From: Geosiphon pyriformis uo1
Lineage: Eukaryota; Fungi; Glomeromycota
Length of the DNA: 64,000 bases
NCBI GenBank assembly: GCA_016748015.1
Contig: JAAOMT010000299.1
Coordinates: 977,924-1,041,923 of the forward strand
Direction: 5' to 3'
Part shown: positions 1 to 14,599 of the stretch, one piece after another
How the letters are laid out: the number at the start of each line of letters is the position of its first letter
Position numbering within the stretch: position 1 is the stretch's first letter
Translations under genes and position numbers: made by a program
Notes under the pieces: model-generated
Databases searched by the model: none
Told to the model about the DNA's origin: nothing
Seen by the model: only the letters and a program-made list of their open reading frames with translations

Positions 1-32
<32 letters not shown>

Positions 33-3000
33 CCATGTAGGTACTGGTGATAAGTTGTTATAGTTGTTATTAGCCTAAGAGACTTGATAAGTCTTCCAAG
101 TAGGTTTTTTTTTTTTAAATTCGATTAGTAGTTGTGATTGGGTAGTTTGTGGTTTAAAATGGCTGCACATAGCTGATATTTGTATGTATTGTCTATTTTG
201 ATTGAGTTGTAGCTCTTGAGTGATCCAGTCAAACACAACACTGGTCTTAAACAGCCAGTCATTATTAATTAATGCTTGGTATTATGTGGCTTCTATGATA
301 AGAATCTTGATTAACATAATAATACCATTAACTTTAAATAGAATGTTAACAATTTCACCAATTAAAGTTTTTGTTGCTCTATTTGCTGTAATAATTCTAA
401 CACTAATAGCATGATTAATTTGGTGACCTAATTGGTCTATAAGTTGTTATGTGATAAAGTTGCCTGCTAATTTACTATTAAGGATTAGCTTAATAGAGTG
501 GCCATTAACTTTCACATCAATATATATTGTGATAATTGGTTTTGCTTTAAGGGTGGTTTTATTGAATAGAGACATTTTGACTGGTTCTTTGAGTTCAAAA
601 GAGAAAATGATGGTAAGTAATTTATTTTTGGTAATAGTTGCTGATAGAATATTGTTGATAAGTAATTGAGTTTGATTGAATTCTAATGGATTGAATGTGG
701 TGATTTCTGGAGATACTAAGAGACTTAAATAGTATTGGGCATTTGGGTTTTGGATGTAGTTAGTTCCCAAATTTTGCTGTTATAATCCCAATTGTTGGGC
801 TGCTGAATTGGAGATCAATTGGTGTATTACTATTGCCAATCTTCAGCTCTGGTGAATTTGGATAGTCCTTGGTCTTTGGCTTTTACTTTGAAATAAGTTT
901 TGTGGCTGAATTTGAATTTGTTAGGATTAATAAATAACTTAAAACTATAGTTAATATATTGCTGATGCTGAAGTTTGATAAATTGGCAGTGTGTATATTT
1001 GCTGTATTATTGATAGATAATAAGATTGATATAATCTTTGATTTGTTTGATAATTTGGAGTTTGAAATTAGTAATTGGATTTCAATAGTAATTTCCCAAT
1101 TATTGATTATTAATTTTGGCATGGCAATCAGTCTTTAGATGGTTTTGTTTATTATAATTGTGACAAATACATGTTTTTTGCAGCCATAATTGATGAGTTG
1201 ATAATAAAAAAAGACATAACTAATTTTGGAACTGATTAAAAATTTCTGAATTGTCACAACATTGTGAAGATTAATATATTGTTTGGTTGTTAATTAAGTA
1301 TCTCTTTAATTTTTGGTTAATAAAATCACTGAATTGTTTTAACTTGAAGTCCAAATTAGATAATCTATTTATTACTAGATTAATAGCTTGAGTGTAGTTG
1401 GCTTCTAGCTTAGCCAATTCGAAATCTTTGATGTGAGTAACTGTGTTTTGAAGTGTTTGTGAATGTAATGAACATATATATTGTAGAAGACTATTGTACA
1501 GACCATGAATAAACTGATTCAGAATTTGTGGTGTTGTAAAATAATTAGTGTTAATGGCTTGAATTTGGCACAGATTTCTGTAGAAACATCTTAGGTAAGT
1601 AGTAACTGCTTCTGTGTCACTTTGTTTAATGGTAGTAAATGCTGTTATCAAGCAATTAATGCTGTTATTATTGCTAAAGTACCTCAAAAATTCAGTTTTA
1701 AATGCATTGAAGATAATAGGTTTGTTGATCAAATTCTGATATTATAAATTAGCAGTATTTTGTAAAAAGTATAATATGACTTATAAAGCTCTGTTATTAT
1801 TCCAATTATTAGCAGTAATTGCTTTGGAGATATTATTGAGTCAGACTTGGATGTTGTCTTTCTTGCCAATAAACTTTTTTAACTTGGTAATAGTTGTTAT
1901 AGTAGTTGTTATTGCAGTTGTTATTGCTAAGCATGTTGTTGTTTAAGCAATAATTGGTACAATTGGTGATGGATTAATTATGATTACTGAAGATAAGTTT
2001 TGGGAAATAATAGAAACTGGGTTTGGATTATTTGGGTTTTGCTGAATTGGAATAATTGGAATTGAAATTTCTGGATTTTTTGAAATCAGATTTTAGTAAT
2101 TAAATTCTTGATCTTCATTTTTTTTTTCTTTTAAGTCAGTTATTTTCCACAGACTAGTAGTTCCAAAATCTAGTTGTGGTAGTGGTAATTAATGTTCTAA
2201 TAGTGTTGTTGGTTGCAAATTAAATCTCTTAAAATACTCACCATAAGTTTTTAATAGTTTAGCTTTTTTTTGTTTACTTTAAAATAAGATTCTAATTAAT
2301 AGTAGTTTTGTGATTGATGTAAATACACTTACTGATGTTATGTTGATGGTATTTTCTGGAGTATGATGATATAACAGATAAATAGATAAAACAACTCTTG
2401 GTTTTTTCCAAGTAGATAGTTGTTTTTTTTTTAGTATTTCTGCTGGTGTTTGTAATTTCTCTTTGTTTGCAAAGGTAATAAAGAATCTCTGTTGAGTGTA
2501 ATTTCCAATTTTTTTCTTTATTTCTGTGATTGTTAATGCAAACAGATAGTTTAATAGAAGTGTAGTGCTTTAAAATAATTTACTGTTAAAGTTGTTAAGA
2601 ATAACTTCTAAATTTTTTTTGGCTTTCAAATAGGATTTGATTTTTTTATTGATGTAAAAATTAAAAGCTGATTCTACTGACCAATTGTTATTTGTCAATT
2701 TTAAGTAATTTTTATAATGCTGAAATAAGAATTTCACAAATCTTAAATGATTTTCTCTTATATTTTTTTGGTCTGCCACTTTTCTGAATAAATGTTGTTG
2801 GTACTGGTTCTCTGTTAAATTATATCTTACAAAGAGCACCAAATATTACAGATGATTATTTGGAGTATTGATACAAATAACAAACTTGTAACTTGGTACT
2901 CAATAGCTAAATAATGTTGGTAATATCTGAAAATTTTCATATTTGAAGGTTTTGGTTGATCTAAAGGTTTTGGTTGAGTTCTTTGTATAATAAACAGAAA

Positions 3001-3748
3001 TTTAATGGTGATATTTTTTTGTAATATTTCTAGTTTCAACTCTTGAGTTGGTATGCTTTGGTGTTTGTAGTCTTCTGAAAGGTTCTTCTGTTAAATTTTT
3101 TTTTCAGCATATTGACTGGTTTATTCTGGCAGTTATGTTCTTCTAATAAGTTATTCTCAATTTTATGAGTTTTATACCCTTATTTCTGGGTCTTTTACTA
3201 GACTATTCTTGACATCAATATTACTTAATGCTTAATTTTTTAAGTTAACACAACAAAAAAAAATAAAAAAAAATAAAAAATTAATATCCTGTTAATAGTG
3301 ATAATTAAAAATTATTGGTCTAAGATAGTTAAGTATTAAATTTTATTAATATGGAGTGTTAATAGTAACGAAAATAATTAATATTCTTAATCAAGTAATA
3401 ATAACATAGATTTGATAATAATAGATAATTTTATTAATAGGGAAATGATTTCATTTCAAGTTATAAAAAATTATCTTTTGAAGAAAAAGTATTGTTCTAA
3501 ATTAATAAAAATTTTATTGAATTCTTTAGGAATTACTTTTTTTGTTTTTAATATTTTCACTATATATATAATTTATGTTATACAAGATTCTTGGAATTTT
3601 GCAATTTTTTTAGAGAAATTCTAAAATTCTAGAATTCTGGAATCTTGTAATTCTTTCAGAAAAATTCTGGAATTTTTTTGTTATCACATTTACTTCTAAT
3701 TGGCTATTTTTCTAACTATAATACTCCTAATTTCTATGATTAATAACA
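1..3748 (-). mobile_element. Ty3/Gypsy LTR retrotransposon E, 5' part (LTR, PBS, gag, protease); runs off the window to the left; inserted into element D
   Basis: Minus-strand ORF remnants are homologous to element A: gag (1271-1732 FNAFKTEFLRYFSNNNSIN) and protease region (447-770 KPIITIYIDVKVNGHSIKLILNS). PBS-like TGGTGCTCT at ~2833-2841 sits next to an A-family LTR at ~2844-3748. Confidence 0.85.
2844..3748 (-). repeat. 5' LTR of element E (A-family LTR)
   Basis: Reverse complement resembles 28596-29463 and 9927-10744, including GAATTC-type 9-mer repeats at ~3590-3680. It begins TGTTA on the minus strand. Confidence 0.75.
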
Positions 3749-6700
3749 GTCACAAGTAATTTATTAACCCTAACAACAAATATTATTTCAACATACTGTG
3801 CTAATATCAACTAGAAACCAAAGACCAAAGATCACACACCAAATAAAACTGGAAATTAACAATGGTAATACACTAACCAATTCCCAGTTATTGAACCAGT
3901 CATCAGAATCATGCCAATAGAATTCAAAAAATAAGTACACCCAAAACTCAAATTCTTAAAACTATTTAAGTCTCTTGGTTATCTCAAAAAACACCCAATC
4001 TAACAACTCAGAACAGTTAAAATAACCATTCATCAATAATATTCTACTAGTAACAGTTACTAAAGATGAATTACTTACAGTCATCTTTCTTTTCAAATTA
4101 AAAAAATTTACAACAATCTTTTTATTTAATAGAACTGCTTTTAATATCAAACCAATTACTACCATATATATTAATACTAAAGTTGATGACCAATTTATTA
4201 AGCTAATTTTTAATAGTAGATTAACACACAGTATTATTACATAACAATTCATGAACCAATTAAATTACCAAGTTGATTGTGCTGTTAGTGCCAGAATTAT
4301 CACTGCTGATGGAACTATTAAGACTCTTATTAATGAAATTAATGACTTCTTTTTTGAAGTCAGTGGTATCATTACACTCATTAAAATTTTCATCATAGAA
4401 GTCACATAATATCAAGTTCTTGTTGGTAATAATTGGCTGTTTAAGACCAATGCTGTATTCAACTGAATCACTTAGGAGCTTCAGTTCAGTCAAAATAGTT
4501 AGTACACTTAAGTATTAGTTATCTGTGATTACTTTAAGACAATTTAATTACAACTATTAATTAAATTCGAGAAAAAAACAAACAAATTATCTGGGAAGCC
4601 TACCAAGTCTTGTGGGCTAATGATAATTACAATAAGTTATTACCAATATTCAGTTAAGACAATAAGAAAAAAGAAAAAAAAAAGACAAATCACAAGTCAT
4701 TACTACTACCCAAAAATCATTTAATGGTTGACATATATCATATTCAATAAAACTAAAGAAAAAACCACCTTATATTTTACTTAGATGTATTAACTATAAT
4801 AAAAAGTTTTTTTCTATAGAAGCTTGAATCTTATTTGAAAAAAACTACTAAACATGTATCTATTATTATTGCAAACTATGCTACTGAGAATGTTTTAAAT
4901 ACTCAAAATAATAAAGAAAATAAAACAACAAACCATTTTTTGCTTGTGAGGAAATCTTACTTAATGAAAGAATATAAAATAACATTTTTGGACAAAGAAA
5001 AACATGTAATATATTGTGTTAATACATGATCTTTATTAATGACTGAATAAGTAAAAGAATACTTTTTAATATTACATAAAATGGAGCTCTTTTATGCTTA
5101 AATGATTACCCATATAATAAAGATAAGATCTGAAAAATGGCAAGTGCCAAAATTGAAAGCACTTTATTTAGTAAAATATTAATAATCAAAAACAACTCAC
5201 CAGAATCTGTTAAAACTATTTTCATCTCAAACTCAGACATTTTTATTAACATTTTGAATAATCCAGAACAATTTTATGAACACTACCAAGATTTAGCATC
5301 TATTTAAAAAGAACAAAAACAGTGTTTAGAATAATTAAATATCAGATTTTGTAAAAATTTCTTAATTTCCAGTGACTTCAAATATTGCAACAATTGTAAT
5401 TTTATTTACAATTTACTACTGTATAGAATTTATTTAATCTCTAAAGAAAAAGAACCAATTAGCAACTGTGCTTCAGAATTATAATCAAAATTTAATTGTA
5501 ATTTAGACTCTAACAATAATAACAATAATAGTTTTAACTTTGTTCACAATAACAATGACAACAATAACAATTCAAACTTCAATGAATGTTCTAAACAATA
5601 TATTATGCTCTCAGATCTTTCAAAAGAGCAGAAACTTAAATGGTTTAACAATAATAATAAGAATATTATGCCAGAATGTGTATATAATACTAACACAAAA
5701 TTTAATCTAAAATATCTGGAAAAAACTGTTATCAGATTAAAATCATATTTACATATTAGCATAGATTTAAAATTAACATTGAAAATTCTGGCAATAACAA
5801 TAGTTCAATTAATTTTTAGATCTAGTTTAGTGAAAAAAAAGATTAATATTAGAGAAGAAATAATTGATACAGAATATATATAAAATATTATCACAATACT
5901 ACAAAATGACTCAGAAAAAAGATATATAATTGAACCAAATAAAAAAATAACATAGGCAATATTTTTGTCTTTAGTTAAAATAGCTCAGTTAATGTTAGTA
6001 AAAATAAAAAAAGAGTTAAGAATCATGGCAAGAAATAAATAGATTTAGATTTATAAATAAAGTAGACATATTAGTTAATATGACAAAAGAAAAATTAATG
6101 GATAAAAAAGAAATTATCTTTACCAATTAATCTATTTTTATTCTACCATATGACCAGTATCTATTAATTATAGAAAGGAAAGTAAAAAATTAACTCCAAA
6201 TTTTTGAAGTAAAAGCCATTATTTGTGAATTAGGAAAGATTAGTATTATCAATCTTTATATACTAGCCAAAAACCATAAATATATTAAAATTTCAATACA
6301 CAACACAACTAAAGACTTCATAGAAATACCAAACAGAACCATTATTGAATATTTAAGTACCAAAGTTGAGAACTAATCACCAACCACAATTCCAGACTTT
6401 CTACAACTTTATAAATATGTAAATATTATATTATAAACAATCTATAAATAAAAAAAGTGTTATTTGCTACAACTAAAACAGTTGGCAGAATTAATATTAT
6501 CTAACATTAAATCAAAACTAAAAATGTGATGCCAATTAAACAAAAAACATACTAAATACTATTCACCAGTTATAAGATCATTTAACAAAAAATCAACTAA
6601 ATGTTAGACAATAGGTTAGTTCAATTATCAATAAGTCTATGGTCATTACCAGTAATATTTATCTGAAAAAAAAATAGAAAGATCCACTTTTGTATGAATT

Positions 6701-9700
6701 ATAAAAAACTTAACAATATTATTTATAAAAACAATTATCTGACTTCATAAATTCAAGAGCTATTCAATACTTTTAGAAAGAAAAAATGGTTTTCAACATT
6801 AAATTTAAACAGTGGTTACTGACAAGTAACCATAAATTCAACTAACAAAAAAAAACTGCATTTACAATCAAAGAAAGTAATTTTGAATTTGATATTATAT
6901 CTTTTAATTTAACCAATGCTTCAGCCATCTTTCAATAACTCATAGAAATTATATATACTAGATTACTATAAAAATTTGTAGTAGTTTATTTAGACAACAC
7001 CAATATGTTCTCAACAACATTTAATAATTATCTGTATTATCTCCAATAGATGTTTAAAAGATTGAAATAAACAGAGCTAAAGTTAAATACCACTAAGTAT
7101 TTTTTTGAAAAAACTGAACTCAAGTTTTTGGGACATGTTATAAGCAAAAACAACATCAAAACAGATTCAAATAAAATCAAAATAGTTAAAAACTTTCCAA
7201 TATTAATAAACTTAACAAAATTAAGAGCATTCTTGGAATTTGCTAAATACTATTACTGCTTTATCCAAAACTTTTCCAAATTAATTCAACCATTTTACTA
7301 GCTCTAAACCAAGAATGTTAAATATGAATAAACTAAAAATCAACAAGAAGCTTTTAATATTTTGAAAAAAAGCTTATTCAAGCTTTAATATTAATCTATT
7401 CAGATTACAACAAGCTATTTATCATTACTATTAATGCATTTGGTCAAACATTGAGAGCTATATTGTTACAAAAAAGAGCTAATAAATAAGAACATCTAAT
7501 AATATATGTTAGCTAAAGTTTGAGTTCAGCCAAAAAGAACTATAGAACTTTAATATTAAAATACTTAACTATCTATTAGACTATTATCAAATAAAAAGAA
7601 TACTTGAGTCAAAAATTTGATGTGTACATTAATTACAAAGAATTAACATCAATTCAAAAGCAAAAATTTGGAAATAATTTCTATACAAGATAAAAAATAG
7701 AACTATCACTATTTAATTATACAGTATATTATAAAAAATGAAAAAAAAAATGAAAATGCTAATAAATTGTTACAAATAAGACAAATCTAAAAATATTTTA
7801 ACCCAAAAATATAACAAAAAATAAATGCTTAAAAATACCAACAACTCTAATATTATATTAATACTTAATAGTTTAAGAAAAATTTATCTCAAAAAAAACA
7901 AAACTACATAAAACAACAATCAAAATATTTTATTACTTACCAAAATATATTATATTAGAAAAACAGAAAATATCTAGATTAACCACTTAGAATAATTATA
8001 AAACCAAAGAAAAAACAATATTATTCAATATGTATTCAAATTTAACTACAGAATATTTTTATAAAGAAGTAACCATAAAAAAAACCAAAAAAAATACTAT
8101 TGACCATCAATATATTCAAATATTATCTAATATGTTCAAAATTGTAATGCTTATTAGAGAAAAAAAGGAACAAAACTCAGCAAACCATTAAGACCAATTA
8201 AAGTAGAACAACTATTTAATCAAATTGAAATTGACTTAGTCAGACCATTAACAATAATTAGCAAAAACAACTGATATATAATAATTGCTATGAATTATCT
8301 TATAAAATAGCTAAAAGCAAAAGCAATTCAAAGAGCAGATACAAAATTTGTAGCTAAATTTATACACCAAAATTTGATTTGTTAACATAAATATCCAAAA
8401 AAATTGTTATTAAACCAGAAAACTCACTTTGTGAACAAAATATTAACAGAATTAAGTCAAAGATTTGGAATTAAGAGACTATTATCATTATTATATCATT
8501 TACAAACAAATAGCTTAATCAAAAAATTCAACAAAATATTGTGTAAAGTAATAGCCAAAATTAGCCAAAAAAACCAGGACAAATAAAATCTGTTTATACT
8601 ATTAGTATTATTTGCTTATTAAACAATAAAACAAAATATTACATAAACAACATTATTTAAACTAGTCTATAGTAGAACAATAATATTACCAGTTAAAATA
8701 GATATCAATACATATTTAACTAAACCAATAACAGAAGCCAACTTCTAAAAAACATTACTAAGAAGAACATATAACTTAATAGAAACTTTAGAAAATAAAA
8801 AATAAAAAACAGCTAATAATATACAAAAGTCACAAGCAAAACAAAAAAAACAACATGATAACCAATTACTAAATAAACCAGTCGAATTTAGGATTAGAAA
8901 CAAAGTATTCTTACATTGTATTAAAGCAAAAAAACAATAGAGTGAAAAATTTAATCCCAAATAAAACAGTCTATTTTACATTGAAAAAATTCTAGAAAAT
9001 AGAACATACAAGTTAAGATAAGACAACAAGATTTTAATCAAAGCAGTATATGATAATTGATTAAAATTATACTACAATATAGCATTATTATCTACCAGTA
9101 ATATTTCATAATTGAAAGTACAACAAATACTAATCAAACCAAATAAAATATTATGAGATCTGAAACCAATCATAATTATTGAAACAAATATGTTAAATTA
9201 ATTAATTAAAACAATATATAAAAAAAACCAATACATACAATAAAAACAATAATAAAGATAAAAATTATTGACAATATTTACTTATTTGTATAATAACTTT
9301 TACACCTTATCTAACATTAGAAATCAAGTTTAAAAATTACTATTAACAAATAAACAATCCAATATAAAGACAAAAAAATAACTCAAAAATTCCAAAAAAA
9401 AAACAATATTTCAAATATCATATTTCTAAAAATCTAATAGACAAAATAATAAGAAAAATGAAAAAAACATTGAAAACTTCAAGAATAATAATACCTAATA
9501 AAGAAATAATATTAAAAAATTGGAATTAACAAACACAACAAATTTTTAAAAACTTTTGTTATTATCAATTAGAACAAAAATTAAACATTCAGAACTTATA
9601 TATAAATAAAACCAAAAAAATGTTTAATATAATAATACTACAACAAATTAAACAAGTTGTGGAGAAAAGCAATTTACTCACATATACAAAAGCTATTTAT

Positions 9701-10744
9701 AAACTATAAATAGGATTTCAAGACTGACCAGAAATATTACTACACTCAATAATAAGTACAGTAATAATTAATTAACTGGAAAAATTAACCAATGTCTAAT
9801 TTGACAAATTGTAAACAAAAATTACAAAAGCAATTTTTGAGAAAAAAGTTATAAAGCTAATCCAAAAGAAAAATTTAGGAGATTTAAAAAATCTCAACAA
9901 AGCTCAATATTAAAAGAAGAAAATAATATTACTTATAAAAATTAGGAATTATAATAAATAAATAAAATAGCCAATCAAAAATAGATATAATAAAAAAAAA
10001 TTCTAGAATTTTTTTTAAGAAATTGCCGAATTTTAGAATTTTTTTCAAAGAAATTAAAGAATTTTAAGGAATCTTATATAGCATAAATTATATATATAAT
10101 AAAAGTATTAAAAGCAGAAAAAGTATTTAATTCAAATTAAAAATAACAAATTATTCTATATATCTTCTTTTAAAAGATAATTTTCTATGACTTAAAGTGA
10201 AATCACATTAATATCAATAAAAATATTCAATTATCTTCCAAATCCATATTATTATTATTTGATTAAGAATATTAATTACTTTCTCTACTATTAACAACTC
10301 ATGTTAATAAACTATAATACTTAACTTTATTGAACCAATAGCTCTTGATTATAACTATTAACAAGATACTAATTTCTTATTTTTATTTTATTTTATTTTA
10401 TTTTATTTTTTATTTTATTTTTTTTGTTGTTTACTAATTGATTAAAGAAATTAAGCACTAAGTAATTGACATCAAAAGTAGTCTGGTAAAAGATTCAAGA
10501 ACAAGAATAGAAAATTTAAAAATAGCTTATCAAAAGGGCATAACTGCCAGAATAAACTGACCATCACACTAAAAAAAGAAATTCACAAAAAAAACTATTA
10601 ATTGAATCTCTGTCTATTATACAAAAAACTTAATTAAAAACTTTAAACTTCAATATCTTCAAAAAATACTAATATTTTTATTTATTAAACACCAAGTTAT
10701 GAGTTTGTTATTTGTTTCAACATTTCAAATAATTACTTATAACA
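3749..10744 (+). mobile_element. Heavily decayed Ty3/Gypsy element D (gag end, PR, Cys-rich domain, dUTPase, RT, RNase H, IN, ORF3, PPT, 3' LTR); its 5' part is displaced by element E
   Basis: Colinear with element A. dUTPase remnant 5605-5883; RT YLDN at 6987-6998; IN remnant 8404-8586 (THFVNKILTELSQRFGIKR); PPT AAAAGAAGAAAATAA before the LTR at 9927-10744. Many G>A and C>T stops. Confidence 0.9.
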
Positions 10745-10762
10745 CTATTCTATTTTTAGATA

Positions 10763-10945
10763 GTGATTATTGATCTAATCAATAATCTAACTGTTAACTT
10801 AATTATTGATCTGATTATTGGCTTAATTAATAACCTAATTATTAATTTAATTATTAATCTAATTATTAACTTGATTATTAATTTGATTATTAATTTAACT
10901 ATTAGCCTAATTATTGATCTAATTACTGGTCTAATTATTAATTAC
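10763..10945. repeat. Degenerate 12-bp tandem repeat (consensus ~CTAATTATTAAT/TTGATTATTAAT)
   Basis: Visible 12-nt periodicity; it translates as (LIIN)n in ORF 10763-10951. Confidence 0.85.
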
Positions 10946-11479
10946 TTTTAATAATTATATAAGTAATAAGTTTTTTAATTATAGAAGAATATAATCAAAG
11001 TAATAAAATAAAACCCACTATTAATTATTTTCTTTTATATTATTATTATTTTTTTACTTTTAAGTATTTAAACATCTTAGAATAAAAAATTACCTGTTGA
11101 TATTTACATCTTTATCTTTTCTTCTTTTTGATTTGTATTGTTAGAATTAGACTAAGAAGTAATTGCTTGTTTTTGTAATTTCTTAAATAAAAAAATGATT
11201 AAAAACATAATAATATCTGTTATTGATTTTAAGAATTGTTGAATTTAGACATAAAATAATACCAGCAGTATTATTTTGTTAATATTCACAAACTATTTTT
11301 CTATTTTTAGATTTCCAAAAAAAATTTGTGACTGTAATTTTTATAAAACTAATCATATATATTGAATTTTTACTTATTTAATTTATTCTTTTATTGTAAT
11401 TTTTTCTTTAATTAATTATCCTACAATTTTGTTCTTTTTTACTATTTATTAGCTTGCTATTCTAATCCATAAAATTAAT

Positions 11480-11910
11480 AATTTTGTTAATTTTTTGGTT
11501 AATATTTCTAAGAATTTTATATGTTTTTAGTTTAAAATAGAATTTAATAACATAAATTATAATAGATTGCTAATTGCTAATTCTTTATTTTTAAGTAAAA
11601 ACATTATTAAGTATGTAATTGCTTTGTGATATATATTAGATTATAATACTAAAAATGATATTGAAATAATTAGGTTGTTTCTTAGTGAGTTTATTTTTGA
11701 TTCTAAAAATTTAAATAGTATTATTAAAAAAATTAGTGGATTAAGTTTACTTTTAGCTTTTTTAATTTAATGTAATGTTGTTTTAACTGGCTTGAATAGC
11801 TGGTTATATGTAAACAGTATATAATTTATATTTAGTTTAAATTAATTAGTTTAATATATAATATTAAATTGTGTTTGGATTTTTTTTATTAAATAAATAA
11901 ATAAAAAAAG
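11480..11910 (+). mobile_element. Decayed LINE 3' end
   Basis: 11770-11910 matches the reverse complement of the LINE 3' UTR at 16760-16885 (TGTTGTTTT..TGGCTTGA..GGTTA.ATGTA...GTGTTTGGATTT) and ends in an A-rich tail. Confidence 0.6.
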
Positions 11911-12322
11911 ACAAATTAACAAATATTTTTGTATTTTAAGTTATAAAAATCCAAACTGACTTTTTTAATTATTAAAAATATAATTAACAAAATTCTATTT
12001 AATTAAATATTTACCAAAAATATTATTAATCTTAAAAGTATTACCAAAATTTCAAATACTTTAATAATAAAGAATACAAAAACAGTAAATTTGTTACTAG
12101 AAAGTTATTTAAACTTTTAATAATAATTGCTAATAAATTATTTAAAAAACATTTTGTTTTACAGCTTTTACCATTAAAAACATATTAAATATATATTGCA
12201 TTTATTAATTCATCAATCTCCAAAAAATCCAATTGTTTTATTTGATTTTATTAATTTTAGTATTTAGATGTAAACTATTTCATTTACTAAAATTAATAAG
12301 ATCTTTTCATCATACGATTCTA

Positions 12323-13986
12323 CTAATTCTCAGACATCATTGGAATCCGAAACTCATCATCAATCTCCGGCCACAAAATCGTTGTAATGAAATTAATCAA
12401 AGAGATTTTCTGAAGATTTCGATGGGTTCTCGATGAGTCAGAAAAAATGAGTTGATATTCCTGAAGCATATTATGAAAGGCTTGACGAGATTTGGGAAAA
12501 TCATAATCGAATATGACGATGTATGAGTGTTGACCGATCTCAGTATGGGAAAGGGTGTTTGATGTCAAGTTCTCACTGGAAGTCTGGATGGATCTTGATA
12601 TATCTGGAATCAAACATTTTTTGACATAACTTCTCAGGGAAGATAACATATTAAATATACATATTAGAAGGGTAACCGGAGCGCGAAAACACGAATACAA
12701 AGTTAAAATACAACCTTATTATTCGTACAATGATCACATGAGAAAAACGTCGAGTGATAAATCGCAGTTCTTTAACCGGGCCAGAATTATCCATTAATTT
12801 ATCCTTTTCATCTACAATATAATTTTTAAAGGAAGAGATCTCTGATTTTACACTGTGCCTGTACGTGGTGTCAAATGCGATTAAATCAGTCATGAGTCGA
12901 TCTAAAGAGAAGTTTAAAGATCAAACTTTTATTAAAGATTCTTCGTCATACAATGAATAGTTTTGACAAGGAAACTTTTTCACGCCTTTTAAAAATGTTG
13001 ACTTCAAGTTGGTCTGATGATCATTGAATACGATCGGTGTAATTGATTTCTTCATTTCCATTGATTCATAATGTTTCAACTCCCAATACCATCGTCCCAG
13101 ATATCCAAATTGAAAATAATCAAGGTCTTTGGAGTTTTCCCTGATAAGAGATTGATACCTTGTATTTATCAAAACTTTAGGGAGAAGTGGTCATGGAATC
13201 ACAATGTCAAACTTTTTAACTTGGAGACTCAAAACAATTAAATTTTGTTTCTTGAAATTAAATTTCAAACCTGGCATATTAAGAAGGGATTCATTTAGCT
13301 TCTTAATATTCCTTCCTAAAGAATGATGAGACTCTCGTCTTGCTCCTTCTCCCTCTGAAATAATTTTTCGATCAAGAGATGGCCATAAGTATCGCAATTG
13401 TTTTGGTTTCTTTGACTCAGAGATAGCAGCCTCAGCAGTCAATTTAGAAGGTTCAAGAGACATTATTAATCCATTTTCAAAGGGATGGGAGATGTGATAA
13501 AGCGACGAGGCTAATGCGTGACGTTCGGAGAGGTGCCGAATATTCACGTCGAGCTATTAGGGATAGATCAGGGGATTTCTGACTTGGAATTGCATGGACT
13601 GAATTTTTTATGAATTCAGCTATGGCTAACTTGATGAATTCATAAACGGCAAACCTTTATATAATCATCTTCCAACACATGTAAAGGTCTTGGATCAATT
13701 TTTGTTGTACTCAAGGCATCAGGGAGAGATGCCTTTTTTTATCAAAATTTCATTATTACGAGCATAAATTGGATATCTAATTTATAAAAGAAAATACCTG
13801 CTCAACAGCCTTATATTTCTCATCGATATTTCTCTTCAGTTTGAATTGGTCCCTTTGCGCTTTTAATAATAAGTCAAAAATATCAACTAGATCAATTTCA
13901 GTTGGTAGCTCCATCTTTATCACTTGAACATAGAGTATATCTTTTATTCTAAATATAAGATGGGTAATTTCCATATTGATCTCCAC
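12323..13986 (-). pseudogene. Degenerate intronless coding region (~500 codons) of unknown product; possibly an endogenous viral fragment
   Basis: ORFs starting at 13547, 13172 and 12893 share one frame and are separated by single TGA stops. Flanking ORFs join by frameshifts. GC and CpG content are higher than in the surrounding repeats. Confidence 0.5.
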
Positions 13987-14126
13987 AAATGTTATTTATG
14001 CGAGATTATTATATCAGATTAAATCATTAAACCTAATCGTTTGATTAGAATAACCAATATTGCATGAAATTTTAAACTTTTGTTTTTTTAATTGGGTAAA
14101 TTACTGAGCTCCCACCAATACAATAA

Positions 14127-14495
<369 letters not shown>

Positions 14496-14599
14496 CTCAT
14501 GGAAATTAACTCGTCAAGTCGAAAGGTAAATGGAAAAAAAGAGCAATGATCTTATATCCAAAATTTTAACATTTTAAAAGACAAGTTAAAATAATTTTT

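Noticed and set aside
1-32. Poly(T) run as a retroposon tail
   Set aside because: It lies at the window edge within element E, where an A-rich Lys/Glu-coding tract is expected; likely decay or an assembly homopolymer.
10763-10951. 62-aa ORF of (LIIN)n
   Set aside because: Translation of a 12-bp AT-rich tandem repeat; no evidence of coding.
12921-13193. In-frame TGA read as Trp (mitovirus, mitochondrial or Mollicutes code)
   Set aside because: The region also has TAA stops and frameshifts and uses TGG for Trp. CGA>TGA or TGG>TGA decay explains the stops, and no mitovirus RdRp motifs are seen.
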